NCBI GenBank assembly: GCA_963813535.1
Contig: CAWEZH010000002.1
Span: forward strand, 1,824,001-1,888,000
Length of the DNA stretch: 64,000 bases
DNA from: an uncultured Chloroflexia bacterium
GTDB lineage: Bacteria; Chloroflexota; Limnocylindria; Limnocylindrales; CSP1-4
Reading direction: 5' to 3'
The position numbers and the translations under genes are program-made. Below, piece by piece: positions 48,371 to 59,047 of the stretch (its first letter is position 1; every line of letters begins with the position of its first letter). The notes below the pieces were generated by a model. That model saw only the letters and a program-made list of their open reading frames with translations, made no database searches and had not been told where the DNA came from.

Positions 48371-49593
48371 CAGCGGGTCCCCGCCGAGCCCTGATCGGCC
48401 ATCGCGTGATCGCGCCGGAACCGGTCGAGCGCGAAGGGAGCGATCAGCTCGGGCGTCCGGCCCGTGGCGACCAGCTCGGCCATCGCCTCGCCACCCGCCG
48501 GGATGGCCTTGAAGCCCCACGTCCCCCAGCCCGTGGTGACCAGGAAGCCATCGACGCCGGTCGGACCCATGATCGGCGAGAAGTCGACCGAGATGTCGCA
48601 GATACCCGCCCATGTCCGCAGGATCCGCATGTCGCGCAGGAACGGCAGGATGCGGGTGATCTTGTGGGCGTAGCCGCGCAGCGCGGCGAACGATGACTGG
48701 CGCGAATAGGACGGCTGGGCGTCGAACTCGGCGCCGATCAGCATCTGGCCCCGCTCGGTCTGCGATACGTAGCAGTTGAGCTCGGTGCTGGCGACGATCG
48801 GCCCGAAGCCCTGTTCGTAGTCGTTGGTCACGAAGGCGTGGAGGGGGTGGGTGCGGATCGGCAGGCGGACACCGGCTTGGGCGGCCAACGCGGTGATGCG
48901 GCCACCGACCGCCGATACCACGACGCCAGCCGAGATCGGGCCCTTGACGGTCTCCACGCCCACGACGCGATCGCCATCGCGGAGGAGTCCCGTGACCGCG
49001 GTGTGCTGGATGACGTGGACCCCGCGCTTCGCCGCTCCCGAGGCATACGCCCACGCGACGCGGTCGTGGCGAGCCGTCGCCGCTTCGAGGTGATGGGACG
49101 CGCCGAGCACCGGGTAGCGCCGTCCGCCGGTGAGATCGATCTGCGGGACGAGCTCCTTGATCTCCGCCGGGGTCACCATCACGGTCTTCGCTCCGGCGGC
49201 GGTATTCATCGCCGCACGCGCGCGCTCGGTGCGCAGGGCCATCTCCGTGTGGGCCATCCAGAAGATGCCCTTGGTCTGGTGGAGGATCGCGGCGCCGACC
49301 TCGTCCTCGAGGTCGCGGTACATCTCGAGCGAGTGCTGGTAGAAGCGGATCGCCTCGGGCAGCCCGTAGTTCGCGCGGATGATCGTGGTGTTCCGGCCGG
49401 TATTCCCGGAGGCGATGTAGTCGGCCTCGAGCACCGCCACGTTCGTGATCCCGTGACGCGTCGCCAGGTAGTAGGCAGTCGACAGGCCGTGCCCCCCGCC
49501 ACCGACGATGACGACGTCGTAGGCGTCCTTCGGCTCGTCCCACCGCAACGCAGGCAACGTCGCCACGTACGGCGCGGCCACCCCTTTTCTCAT
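48370..49593 (-). CDS. soxB: Sarcosine oxidase beta subunit-like
   Basis: IVGGGGHGLSTAYYLA, GNTGRNTTIIRANY, ARHD.V.W.YA, GWGTWGFKA. Confidence 0.9.
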   Translation of the reverse strand: MRKGVAAPYVATLPALRWDEPKDAYDVVIVGGGGHGLSTAYYLATRHGITNVAVLEADYIASGNTGRNTTIIRANYGLPEAIRFYQHSLEMYRDLEDEVGAAILHQTKGIFWMAHTEMALRTERARAAMNTAAGAKTVMVTPAEIKELVPQIDLTGGRRYPVLGASHHLEAATARHDRVAWAYASGAAKRGVHVIQHTAVTGLLRDGDRVVGVETVKGPISAGVVVSAVGGRITALAAQAGVRLPIRTHPLHAFVTNDYEQGFGPIVASTELNCYVSQTERGQMLIGAEFDAQPSYSRQSSFAALRGYAHKITRILPFLRDMRILRTWAGICDISVDFSPIMGPTGVDGFLVTTGWGTWGFKAIPAGGEAMAELVATGRTPELIAPFALDRFRRDHAMADQGSAGTR

Positions 49594-49606
49594 GCGGCGC
49601 GCCGCC

Positions 49607-50020
49607 TCATGGCATGACCGGGAGGCGGGCGAGGAGGTCGTCGACATAGGCGGCCTGGACGAACAGGGTGGCGGCGCCCGTGGTGTCGATGTAGAGCTTG
49701 GCCGGCACGCCGGCGATCGCTCCCTGGGTGAAGGCCGGGCGTGTCGGCGGGACCGGCCACTCGATGCGCGGCAACACGACGTCGATGAATTCGTCGACCG
49801 GGAACATGATCGCGAGGAAGCCGACCTCGGGCTCCGCGATCGCGTCCGGATCGTCGAGGTGGACGCCCGTCGCACCGACGGCGAATGCCTCGTCGGGTGC
49901 GAACCGAAGGACCAGCGGCTCGAAATCGTCGAGTCCCGGACCGGAGTCCTGCCACGCCGCCGCGTCGATCGCCGCGGGTGATCCGACGACACGCACGCCG
50001 GGCGCCCTAAGCACGTGCAC
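49607..50020 (-). CDS. Sarcosine oxidase gamma-like small subunit
   Basis: Lies between the alpha and beta genes; 'LRFAPDE' resembles the SoxG 'WLGPDE' motif. Confidence 0.6.
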   Translation of the reverse strand: MHVLRAPGVRVVGSPAAIDAAAWQDSGPGLDDFEPLVLRFAPDEAFAVGATGVHLDDPDAIAEPEVGFLAIMFPVDEFIDVVLPRIEWPVPPTRPAFTQGAIAGVPAKLYIDTTGAATLFVQAAYVDDLLARLPVMP

Positions 50021-52263
50021 GGGCGCCCTCCGGGTCGTAGAAGGGGGTCGGCGTCACGACCGCCTCGCGGCCGTCGATCTGGACCTTGTCGGGGAACGGC
50101 AGCCGCTTGATCCAGCCGAGCATGACGGTCTTGCGCAGGACCGGGGACGCCCAGCTCCCCGACACGTGGCCGACGATCTGGCCGTCGACCATGATCGGCG
50201 AGCCCTCGACCGGCGCTTCGCCGCGCATCGTGAAGCCGTGCAACAGGCGATGATCGGGTTCCTTTTGCGTCCGCTCGAGCGCCGCGCGCCCGATGAACGC
50301 GGGCTTGTCCATCCGCGCCGCCCACGCCATCCGGACCCGCCGCGGCGTCGTGTCGAGCTCGGTGTCCATACCGATGATCACGTGACCCTTCTCCAGCCGT
50401 AGCCCGAAGAGCGCCTTGAGGCCGTGTGGCCGGACTCCGAGGTCCGCGCCGAGCGTCAAGAGCGCGCGCCACAGCTCGACCGAGCGGTCGACCGGGTGAT
50501 GGAGCTCCCACGAGGCCTCGCCCGTGAACGACAACCGCATCACATGGCACGGCACACCGGCGACCTCGGCATGCGCGTGCCCCAGGAACGCAGGGGGCTC
50601 GGCGAGACCGGCCCGCTGCAGCAGCTGTCCGGCGAGCGGACCCGTGACGTTGATCGCGGCGAGCGACATCGTCCGATCCATGACGTTGACCCGCAGGCCC
50701 CAGGTCTCGGCCCAGTCACGCACCCACATCTCGGCGTTGGCCGCCCCGCCGGACGTGAACGTCAGGACGAACCGGGTCGCGTCCTCCCGGAGGATCATCC
50801 CGTCATCCATGATGTGGCCGCGCTCGTTGAGCAGCAGCGCGTAGCGCGAGCGGCCGGGGCGGATATCGGCGACGTGGCACGGGTACAGCCGCTCCAGGAA
50901 CTCGACCGCATCGGGTCCGCTGACGACCATCTTCCCGAGCGTGCTGACGTCGCCGACCGACACGCCCTCGCGGACACACCAGTACTCGGCGATCGGGTCG
51001 CCGTAATGCCACGGTCGCCACCAGTTGCCGAACCGGTCGAGGCGCCCGCCCAGGGACAGGTGCTCGTCGTGCAGGGGCGTCCGACGGAAGACGTCGACCT
51101 GGGTATCGGCGGCGGCCTCGGCGAGGGTGATCTGGCGCGACGCCGGTCGCGCGGTGAATGGCGCCGGCACGGTCCCGGTCCTGGCCGCGATCCACGCCCG
51201 GACCTGCGGGAGACAGGCCGCCCCCTGGCACGTGCCGAGGCACGCGAGGCTGGCCCGCTTGAGCAGCTCGATCTCCTGGAAGCCGCGGTCCCACGCGGTC
51301 TGGAGGTCGGTCCACCGTCGTGCCGTTGCAAGCGCAGACGATGCCGGCCATCGGGGCCGGAGGAAGCACCTCCTGCTGGGCGACCGACCCGACCGCGCTG
51401 AGCGGCACCTCGCCGGCCATCCGGACCAGCACGTCGCGTGGCGCCAGCCCGAGCCCGACGATCACGGTGTCGCACAGCGTCGTCGTCTCGGCGCCGATCC
51501 AGTCGTCGGCGGTCACGACGGCGCGCACCCGCCCCGTCTCGTCGCCCTCGATCCGCTTGAGCCTGCCGGCGACGGGGATGCACGGGACGCCCGGCGGCGG
51601 CGTCCCGATGGCCACTGCCGCACCCATCTCGATGCCCGCGATGTGCATCCGCCGCGCCGCCCGGCTCGTGATCACCCCCTCGAGGTCATTGCCAGGAACG
51701 ACCGGGTGGATCTCGGCGGCGCCGGTCGCGACCACGATCTCCTGCGGGTAGACGTGGAGCATGAGCGTCGGCGTCCGCACGACGACCAGCGGCCCCGGAT
51801 AGATCCCGACGACCTCATCGCCCTCCTCGGCATCGAGGACGAGCACCCGCTTGCCGGCCTTCTCGGCCGTCGCGGCGGCCTCCTTGCCGCTGTCGCCACC
51901 GCCGATCACGGCGACATCGACATGGGCCCGCAGGACCTCGATGTCGGGGCCGGACAGGGACGACGAGAGGTCGGGGCCGGAAACCTCGGGCAGCGGCGGC
52001 AACCCGTCCGGCGGGTGGCGGACGACGGCGAGACCCGGTCGGGCCTTCAGCTGGCACGTCCGGACGTAGGCGACGCCCTCGACCCGCGCCAGGCAGTTGC
52101 CGCAATCGCCGGTCAGGCACAGCGTCCCTGGGCCGGCGGGTGTCGTGCCGCCGCGCAGGATCGCGATCGCGACCGAGTCACCGGCGGCGAAGGGCACGGG
52201 GCGACCGTCGACGACGATACGTCCCGCCTCGGCGACCCTCGTCGAACCGCGGCGGTCGGTCAC
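50007..52263 (-). CDS. Sarcosine oxidase alpha-like subunit (2Fe-2S + FAD/NAD + GcvT domains), one +1 frameshift near 51310
   Basis: LC..GDCGNC...RTC, IGGG, KR......G.CQG and T.RP in the shifted frame, DVSTLGK, LRLEKG, PFYDPEG.R. Confidence 0.85.
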
Positions 52264-54729
52264 TGGCGCATCCTGGCCCCGGCTGGGTCGAACAACGGTT
52301 CTGGCTGGAGCCGCGCCGGCCTGCGCCGCCCGATGATCTCGATCTCGAAACCGTCACCACCCGCGCCATCGGGCGTCGCGAGCTCGGTCGGCACGTAGCC
52401 GAGCGCGATCGACCGCCCGACGTGGTGGCCGTACCCGCCCGATGTGACCCACCCGACCACCGTGCCATCGTGCCAGACCGGCTCGTCGCCGATGACGTCG
52501 GCGGGATCGTCGGGGTCTGGCTCGACCACGAAGGTCACGAGCCGTCGCTTCGGGCCGCCGGCGGCCATCTCCGCCTCGTGCGCCGACCGGCCGATGAAGT
52601 CGTGATCGAGCTTCAGGTACCTGGTGATACCGCCCTCTGCCGGCGTGTAGATGGGTCGGTATTCGCGGAACCACGTCCCGTAGCTCTTCTCCAGTCGCAA
52701 GGACATCAGCGCGCGCATCCCGAACAGCCGCAGGCCGTGTGGCGCCCCGGCCTCCACGATCCGGTCGAACAGGGCGCGTTGGTGCTCCGGCGTGACCCAC
52801 AGCTCGTAGCCGAGGTCGCCCGAGTAGTTGATCCGTGCGACGTGCGCCGGGATCATGCCCAGATCGACGCGGCGGAACGTCATGAACGGGAACGCCTCGG
52901 TCGAGAGGTCGAGGTCAGGGCGCGACGGCGCTCAGGACATCGCGCGACCGCGGGCCGGTCACCGACAGCCCGGTCAGACCGAGACCCAGCACCTCGAACC
53001 GGACCGTACCGTCATCCGGCAGGTGCTGGCGGAACCAGCGCGAGTGATGGACCTCGGCCGGAAGCGAGCCGAAGAGGTAGAACTCGTCGTCCTCGCCGGC
53101 TCGTGCGACGGTGAACTCGCCGACGATGCGGCCCCCCTCGTTGAGCATCGCCGTCAGCGTGATGCGGCCGGGTTTCGGCATGCGCTGGGTGAGCAGCGAC
53201 GACAGCCAGGCCTCGGCACCCGGACCCGTGACCCGGTACTTGGCGTAGTTGGAGATCTCGGTCATGCCGACCCGCTCACGGACCGCGGCGACCTCCTCCG
53301 ACACGCACTCCCAGGCGTTCGAGCGGCGGAACGTCACGTCCTCCTTCGGCTCGAGCCCCGCTCTCTGGAACCACAGCGCGTGCTCGAGGCCGAACGTCGC
53401 GCCCCACACAGCGTTGGCCTGCGTCAGCCGGTCGTAGATCGGCGTCGTCAGGAGCGGCCGGGCATCGGGCAGCTCCTCATTGGGGAACGTGATCCGGAAG
53501 CGGCGTCGGTAGTTCTCCTGGACCTTGGCGTTCGTGTAGGCCAGCGTCGCGTAGTCGCCGTAGCGGGCGACATCCATCGCCCAGATATCCATCCCGGAGT
53601 CGCCGCGATCCCCGGCGGTCATCCAGGTCGCCAGGGCAAGCCCGACGCCGCCGCCCTGTGACAGTCCGGCCATCACGCCGCAGGCGACCCAGTAGCCACG
53701 CAACCCGCGGATCGGGCCGACCAGCGGGTTCCCGTCGGGCGAGAACGTGAACGGCCCGTTCACCACGCGCCGGATGCCGACAGTGTGCATCGGCGGGTAG
53801 TGCTTGAAGGCGACCGACAGCTCCGGCGTGATGCGGTCGAGCTGGGGCTTGAGCAGCTGCGACCCGAAGTCCCAGGGCGTCTCGCGTGGCGACCACGGCA
53901 CGCATGCCTGCTCGTACGTACCGAGCAGCATCGCGCCACCTTCCTGGCGGATGTAGATCTCGCCTCCGAAGTCGAGCGCCATCGGCATCTCGTGGCCGGT
54001 CTTCGCGACCTGGGCGGCGACCTCCGGCATGTCCTCGCTGATGAGGTAGTGGTGCTCCATCGCGAGCACCGGCAGCTCGATGCCGACCATCCGCCCGACC
54101 TCGCGCGCCCACAGGCCGCCGGCGTTGACGACGTGCTCGGTATGGATCGACTCGCCGTTCTCGAGCCGAACATCCCAGGTGCCGTCCTCACGCTGCTCGA
54201 GCCCCACGACCGGCGTGTGCTGGTGAACCTCGGCACCGGCCTGCTGGGCGCATTTCACGTACGCGCGCGTGACGCCGGTCGGATCGACGTGGCCCTCGAC
54301 CGGGTCGTACAGCGCCCCGACGAAGTACTGCGGATCCATGAGCGGGAACATGTCGGCCGCTTCCTTCGCCGAGATGAGCTCGAGGTCCATGCCGAGATAG
54401 CGGCCGCGGGCCACGGCCATCCGCAGGAAGTCCATGCGGACCTCCGTGTCGGCCAGCATCAGGCCACCCGGCAGGTGGATCGAGCAGTCCTGACCGGACT
54501 GCTTTTCGATCTCCTCGTACAGCTGGATCGTGTACTGCTGGAGCCGCGCGACGTTGGGGTCGCCGTTGAGCGTGTGCATGCCGCCAGCCGCATGCCATGT
54601 CGACCCGGCGGTCAGCTCCCGCCGCTCGAGCAGCACGACGTCGGTCCAGCCGGCCTTCGTCAGGTGGTACAGGACGCTGGCGCCGACGACGCCACCACCG
54701 ATGACGACGACCTGGGTGTGCTCCTTCAC
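52260..54729 (-). CDS. GcvT-family FAD oxidoreductase (dimethylglycine dehydrogenase-like), one +1 frameshift near 52919
   Basis: IGGGVVG, GSTWHAAG, NGPFTFSPDG.P; C-terminal 'YSGDLGYEL, SLRLEKSY, TSGGYG, FDP.G.RMR' in the shifted frame. Confidence 0.9.
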
Positions 54730-54760
54730 GCGATCCTCAACGCTCCTCGTGTCGATCGGG

Positions 54761-56347
54761 TCAATAGTCGGTGGGAACGCCGCCTTCGGCGACCCGGCGA
54801 GCGACGAATGCCTCGAGCTCCTCGCGGATCGCCGGGTCCATGGGCGGCGGCTCGTATGCCGCGAGCAGCTCCTTCCAGATGCGGTTGGCCTTGCCCGGCA
54901 CCTCGGGCGATCCGGCCTCCTCCCACGTCTCGAAGTTGCGCCAGTCGCTGAGCATCGGCTTGTGGAACGCGGTCCGGTAGCGGCTCTGCGTGTGCTCGGT
55001 GCCGAAGAAATGGCCACCTGGCCCGACGTCCTGCATCGCGTCGAACGCGAGCGACGCGTCATCGACGACCACCGGATCGAGGAACGCCTCGACCATCCCG
55101 AGCAGCTCGGCGTCGAGGACCATCTTCTCGTAGCTGGCGTGGAGCCCGCCCTCCATCCAGCCGGCCCCGTGCATGAGCAGGTTGACGCCACCCATGATCG
55201 CGCCCCACAGCGAGAACACCGACTCGTACGCGGCCTGGGCGTCGAGGGCGTTCGCCGCGTTCACGTTCGAGGAGCGGTACGGCACACCGTATCGACGCGC
55301 CAGCTGGCCACCGATCATCGCGGTCCGCATGTACTCGGGCGTCCCGAAGGCCGGCGCGCCGGACTGCATATCGACGTTCGAGGTGAACCCGCCGTAGATG
55401 ACCGGCGAACCCGGGCGCACGACCTGGGTCAGGACCATCCCCGCCAGCGCCTCGGCGTTCTGCTCCGCCAGCGCGCCGGCAAGCGTCACCGGGGCCATCG
55501 CGCCCGCCAGCGTGAACGGCGTGATGCACACCACCTGGTTGCGTTCGGCGAAGGCCATGATCCCCTGGAGCATCGGCGCGTCCAGTCGCAGTGGTGAGCT
55601 CGAGTTGACGACCGTGAACACCGACGGCTCGTCATCGAGGGTCGCATCCTCGATCCCCCGGGCGATCCGCACCATCTCGAGCACGTCGATGTTCCGCTGC
55701 CGCCCGAGGCTGTAGCAGTGGATCGCCTTGTCCATGAGCGTCAGCGCGTCGAAGGTCGCGTGCAAGTGACGCACGCCGTGATGGAGGTCCACCGGTTCGA
55801 CGGGGTAGCCGGCGAGGAAGTGGACCGGGTTGAGCGCCTGGCCGAGCCGCAGCAGGTTCTGGTAGTCCTCGCGGTTCCCGATCCGCCGCCCGCGATCGAG
55901 ATCCGACACGTTCGGCGGACTGCCGACCGTCCCGAACGCCATCCAGTCGCCGCCGAGCTGCAGGTCGTGGTCGGGGTTCCATGCGTGCAGCGTGAACGAC
56001 GACGGCGCGGTCCGGATCTTCTCGGTGACCATGTCCGGGTCGAAGCGGACGCGCTGCGTGTCCGGCGACGTCCCGGCCCCGGCGGCGCGCAGCACCTCCC
56101 GTGCCTCGGCGTCGAGGAAGTCCATGCCCAGCTCGGACAGGACCCGCAGCGACGCCACATGGATCGACTCGATCTCATCGGCCGAGAGCACCTCGGTCGG
56201 TCCATAGCGCAGGCGCGGCTGCGCCCACGGCCGCTGCGGCGGGAGGAGGCTGCGCTCGTGACCAGCGCGTCCGCCGGAGCGGCGTCGCTGGAGCCCCCGA
56301 CCGGCGGCCGAGTCCATGTCCGTCACGGGCGGGGTCGCATCATCCAT
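54761..56347 (-). CDS. Trimethylamine methyltransferase (MttB) family, non-pyrrolysine (MtgB-like)
   Basis: NSSSPLRLD, GAMAPVTLAGAL....AE.LAG, GAPAFGTPE, DAQAAYE, HGAGWMEGGL, GPGGHF; no in-frame TAG. Confidence 0.92.
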   Translation of the reverse strand: MDDATPPVTDMDSAAGRGLQRRRSGGRAGHERSLLPPQRPWAQPRLRYGPTEVLSADEIESIHVASLRVLSELGMDFLDAEAREVLRAAGAGTSPDTQRVRFDPDMVTEKIRTAPSSFTLHAWNPDHDLQLGGDWMAFGTVGSPPNVSDLDRGRRIGNREDYQNLLRLGQALNPVHFLAGYPVEPVDLHHGVRHLHATFDALTLMDKAIHCYSLGRQRNIDVLEMVRIARGIEDATLDDEPSVFTVVNSSSPLRLDAPMLQGIMAFAERNQVVCITPFTLAGAMAPVTLAGALAEQNAEALAGMVLTQVVRPGSPVIYGGFTSNVDMQSGAPAFGTPEYMRTAMIGGQLARRYGVPYRSSNVNAANALDAQAAYESVFSLWGAIMGGVNLLMHGAGWMEGGLHASYEKMVLDAELLGMVEAFLDPVVVDDASLAFDAMQDVGPGGHFFGTEHTQSRYRTAFHKPMLSDWRNFETWEEAGSPEVPGKANRIWKELLAAYEPPPMDPAIREELEAFVARRVAEGGVPTDY

Positions 56348-57857
56348 CGGACAGGTCGATCCAGGTCGTCTTGAGCTGGGTGTACCCGTCGAGCGCGTGC
56401 AGGGATTTGTCCCGCCCGAAGCCCGACTGCTTGTACCCGCCGAACGGCACCGTGATATCCGCCGTATCGAACGTGTTGACGTACACGGTGCCGACCCGCA
56501 GGGCACGAGCCAGTCGGTGCGCGCGGGTGATGTCCCGCGTCCATACCCCGGCCGCCAGACCGTATGGCGTGTCGTTGGCGATCCGGATCGCCTCCGCCTC
56601 GTCGTCGAACTCCGTGACCGTCAGGACCGGCCCGAAGATCTCCTCGCGCGCCACGCGCCAGCCGTTGTCGACGCCATCGAGGATGGTCGGCGGGACGTAG
56701 TAGCCGCCGCTGTCCTCGCGGACCCGCCGACCACCGGTGACGAGGCGCGCACCCTCCTCCTGCCCGAGGGACACGTAGCCGAGCACCTTGTCGAGCTGGG
56801 CGGCGTCGACGATCGAGCCGAGCTGTGTCGCCGGGTCGAGCGGCTCGCCTGGCGCCATCCGTTGCCCGATCTCGGCGACACGCTCCACGAGCTCCTCGCG
56901 GATCGAGCGATGGACGATCAGGCGCGAGCCGGCATTGCACGTCTGGCCGCTGTTGTAGAAGATCCCAGCCCCGATCGACGCCGCGACCGCCTCGAGGTCG
57001 CCGGGGTCGGCAAGGACGACCTGCGGGCTCTTGCCGCCGAGCTCGAGCGAGATCGCCTTGACGTCGGTCTCGCCGATGGCCCGCAGCAGCGAGCGCCCGA
57101 CTTCGGTCGACCCGGTGAACGCGATCTTGTCGACCGCGGGGTGCCGCGCGAGGGCCTCGCCGAGCACGCGCCCCGGCCCTGGCACGACGTTGAGGACCCC
57201 ATCCGGGATGCCCGCTTCCGAGGCCAGCTCCGCCAGGCGCAGCGCGGTCAGCGGCGACGCCGACGCCGGCTTGAGCACGACCGAGTTGCCCGCGGCCAGC
57301 GCCGCGCCGACCTTCCACGCGGTCACGATCAGCGGGTAGTTCCAGGGCACGATGGCGCCGACCACGCCGATCGGCTCGCGCGTCACGAGCGAGAGCGTGT
57401 CTGGGCCGGTCGGGCCGATCTCGCCGTAGACCTTGTCGATCGTCTCGGCGTACCACTGGATCGTCTTGGCCGACGAAGGCACGTCGACCGACAGCGCGTC
57501 GCGGATCGGCTTGCCGACATCCAGCGATTCGAGGAGCGCCAACTCCTCGCGGTTCGCGCGGATCGACTCGGCCAGCTTGAGCAGGATGATCTTGCGCTTG
57601 GCGGGCGACATGTCCGCCCAACGGCGGTCGTCGAACGACGCTCGGGCGGCCGCCACCGCACGGTCGATGTCTTCCGCGTCGCCCTCGGCGACCCGGGTGA
57701 TCACGCCGCCGTCGCGACCGGCAACGTCGTCGAACGTCCGGCCGGATGCCGCGGGGACGAACCGCCCGTCGATGAAGGCCTCGTTGCGAGGCTGGACCGC
57801 CTCCGCCCGGGCGATCCAGTCGGCCGCCGTGGGCCCGCTCGGAGCTGTCGCCGTCAC
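56340..57857 (-). CDS. Aldehyde dehydrogenase (PuuC/BetB-like)
   Basis: PWNYP, FTGSTEVG, LELGGKSP, GQTC, EEIFGPV, PFGGYKQSG. Confidence 0.95.
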   Translation of the reverse strand: MTATAPSGPTAADWIARAEAVQPRNEAFIDGRFVPAASGRTFDDVAGRDGGVITRVAEGDAEDIDRAVAAARASFDDRRWADMSPAKRKIILLKLAESIRANREELALLESLDVGKPIRDALSVDVPSSAKTIQWYAETIDKVYGEIGPTGPDTLSLVTREPIGVVGAIVPWNYPLIVTAWKVGAALAAGNSVVLKPASASPLTALRLAELASEAGIPDGVLNVVPGPGRVLGEALARHPAVDKIAFTGSTEVGRSLLRAIGETDVKAISLELGGKSPQVVLADPGDLEAVAASIGAGIFYNSGQTCNAGSRLIVHRSIREELVERVAEIGQRMAPGEPLDPATQLGSIVDAAQLDKVLGYVSLGQEEGARLVTGGRRVREDSGGYYVPPTILDGVDNGWRVAREEIFGPVLTVTEFDDEAEAIRIANDTPYGLAAGVWTRDITRAHRLARALRVGTVYVNTFDTADITVPFGGYKQSGFGRDKSLHALDGYTQLKTTWIDLSDG

Positions 57858-58963
57858 GCCGCGTACCTCCGGACCGACACCTCATCGAGCCGTGCCCCAA
57901 GGCCGGGCACGCTCGGCACGCGCAGGAGGCCGTCGGCATCGGGGCGGATCGGCTCCGACAGGAACGCATCGCGCCGCTCCGGCGTCCAGCCCGGCGGATC
58001 GTACGGGAACTCGATGTACGGCCCGCCGCCGACACCCGCTGCGACATGGAGGTTGGCCAGAAGCCCCAGGCCGTTGGTCCACGTGTGTGGCGTGAACCAC
58101 CGGCCGCGAGCCATGACCATCTCGGCCAGGGTCCGGTTGCGGAGCATGCCACCGGCCAGGACGACGTCCTCCTGGTAGACGTCGAATGCATCGGACGCGA
58201 GCGCCCAGAGCGCCTCGTGGTGCGTACGCGTCATCTCCCCGCCGGCGATCCGGACGCCGAGCCCGCCGGTCCGCAGCGATGCCAGCCCCGGCAGATCGGT
58301 GCCGTCCAACGGCTCCTCCATCCAGAGCACCCCTTCCTCGGCGAGCCGCATACCGATCTCGCGGGCGGTCGCGACATCGATGGACGGCGAGGTATCGCCC
58401 GCCATCCGCCAGCCCTGGTTGAGGTCGACCATGATGTCCATCGTGTCGCCCACCGCCGCCCGCGTCGCGCTCACCGCGGCGAGGCCCTCCTCGAGCCCGC
58501 GCGGATCGACCCGGATCTTCAGCGCGCGAAAGCCTTCGTCGCGCATCCTGAGCGCGGATTCCGCGCGCTCGGGCGCGGGCAGCAGCATGCCGCACGACGC
58601 GTAAGCCGGGATCGCGTCCAGCTTGGCGCCGAACAGCGCGGCCACCGGTGTGCCGGCGACCTGCCCCGCGATGTCCCAGAGCGCCGCCTCCAGCGGCCAG
58701 TAGCGCCCGGCGTGGAAATCGATCGTCTCGAGCACGCGGACATGCCGTTCGATGGCCAGCGGATCCTCGCCGATGAACAGGTGCTCGAACGCCTCGAAGC
58801 CGTCCATGGTGTCGCCGGACCCGATGCCCACGATCCCCTCGTCGGTCTCCACCCGGACGATCGTCACCGGGAACTCGGTGCGCGGCACGGGATCCCACGC
58901 CGCCGGGAACGGCGGATCGAGCGGGACGCGGAGGCGCTGGAGACGGATGGCGCCGATCCTCAC
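57854..58963 (-). CDS. Mandelate racemase/muconate lactonizing enzyme (enolase superfamily)
   Basis: ALWDIAG, ALKIR, MVDLNQ, WMEEP, AGGE, PH motifs. Confidence 0.9.
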   Translation of the reverse strand: MRIGAIRLQRLRVPLDPPFPAAWDPVPRTEFPVTIVRVETDEGIVGIGSGDTMDGFEAFEHLFIGEDPLAIERHVRVLETIDFHAGRYWPLEAALWDIAGQVAGTPVAALFGAKLDAIPAYASCGMLLPAPERAESALRMRDEGFRALKIRVDPRGLEEGLAAVSATRAAVGDTMDIMVDLNQGWRMAGDTSPSIDVATAREIGMRLAEEGVLWMEEPLDGTDLPGLASLRTGGLGVRIAGGEMTRTHHEALWALASDAFDVYQEDVVLAGGMLRNRTLAEMVMARGRWFTPHTWTNGLGLLANLHVAAGVGGGPYIEFPYDPPGWTPERRDAFLSEPIRPDADGLLRVPSVPGLGARLDEVSVRRYAA

Positions 58964-59047
58964 GGCGCCAGTATCGCCGACCGCCCCTACCCGCGGGTCT
59001 GCGGGATGGCTGCGGTACGCTGGCGGCTCCCAGTGCCGGAGGAGTCC

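Noticed and set aside
49590-49610. Six-codon mini-ORF MRRRAA bridging the gamma stop and soxB start through two ATGA overlaps
   Set aside because: It could aid translational coupling but is too short to support without ribosome profiling.
19937-54729. Calling the frameshifted genes pseudogenes
   Set aside because: Each has only isolated +1 insertions, intact motifs and no nonsense decay, so assembly error is more parsimonious.
54761-56347. Pyrrolysine recoding in the MttB-family gene
   Set aside because: The frame is open with no in-frame TAG, and no pyl genes are in the window.
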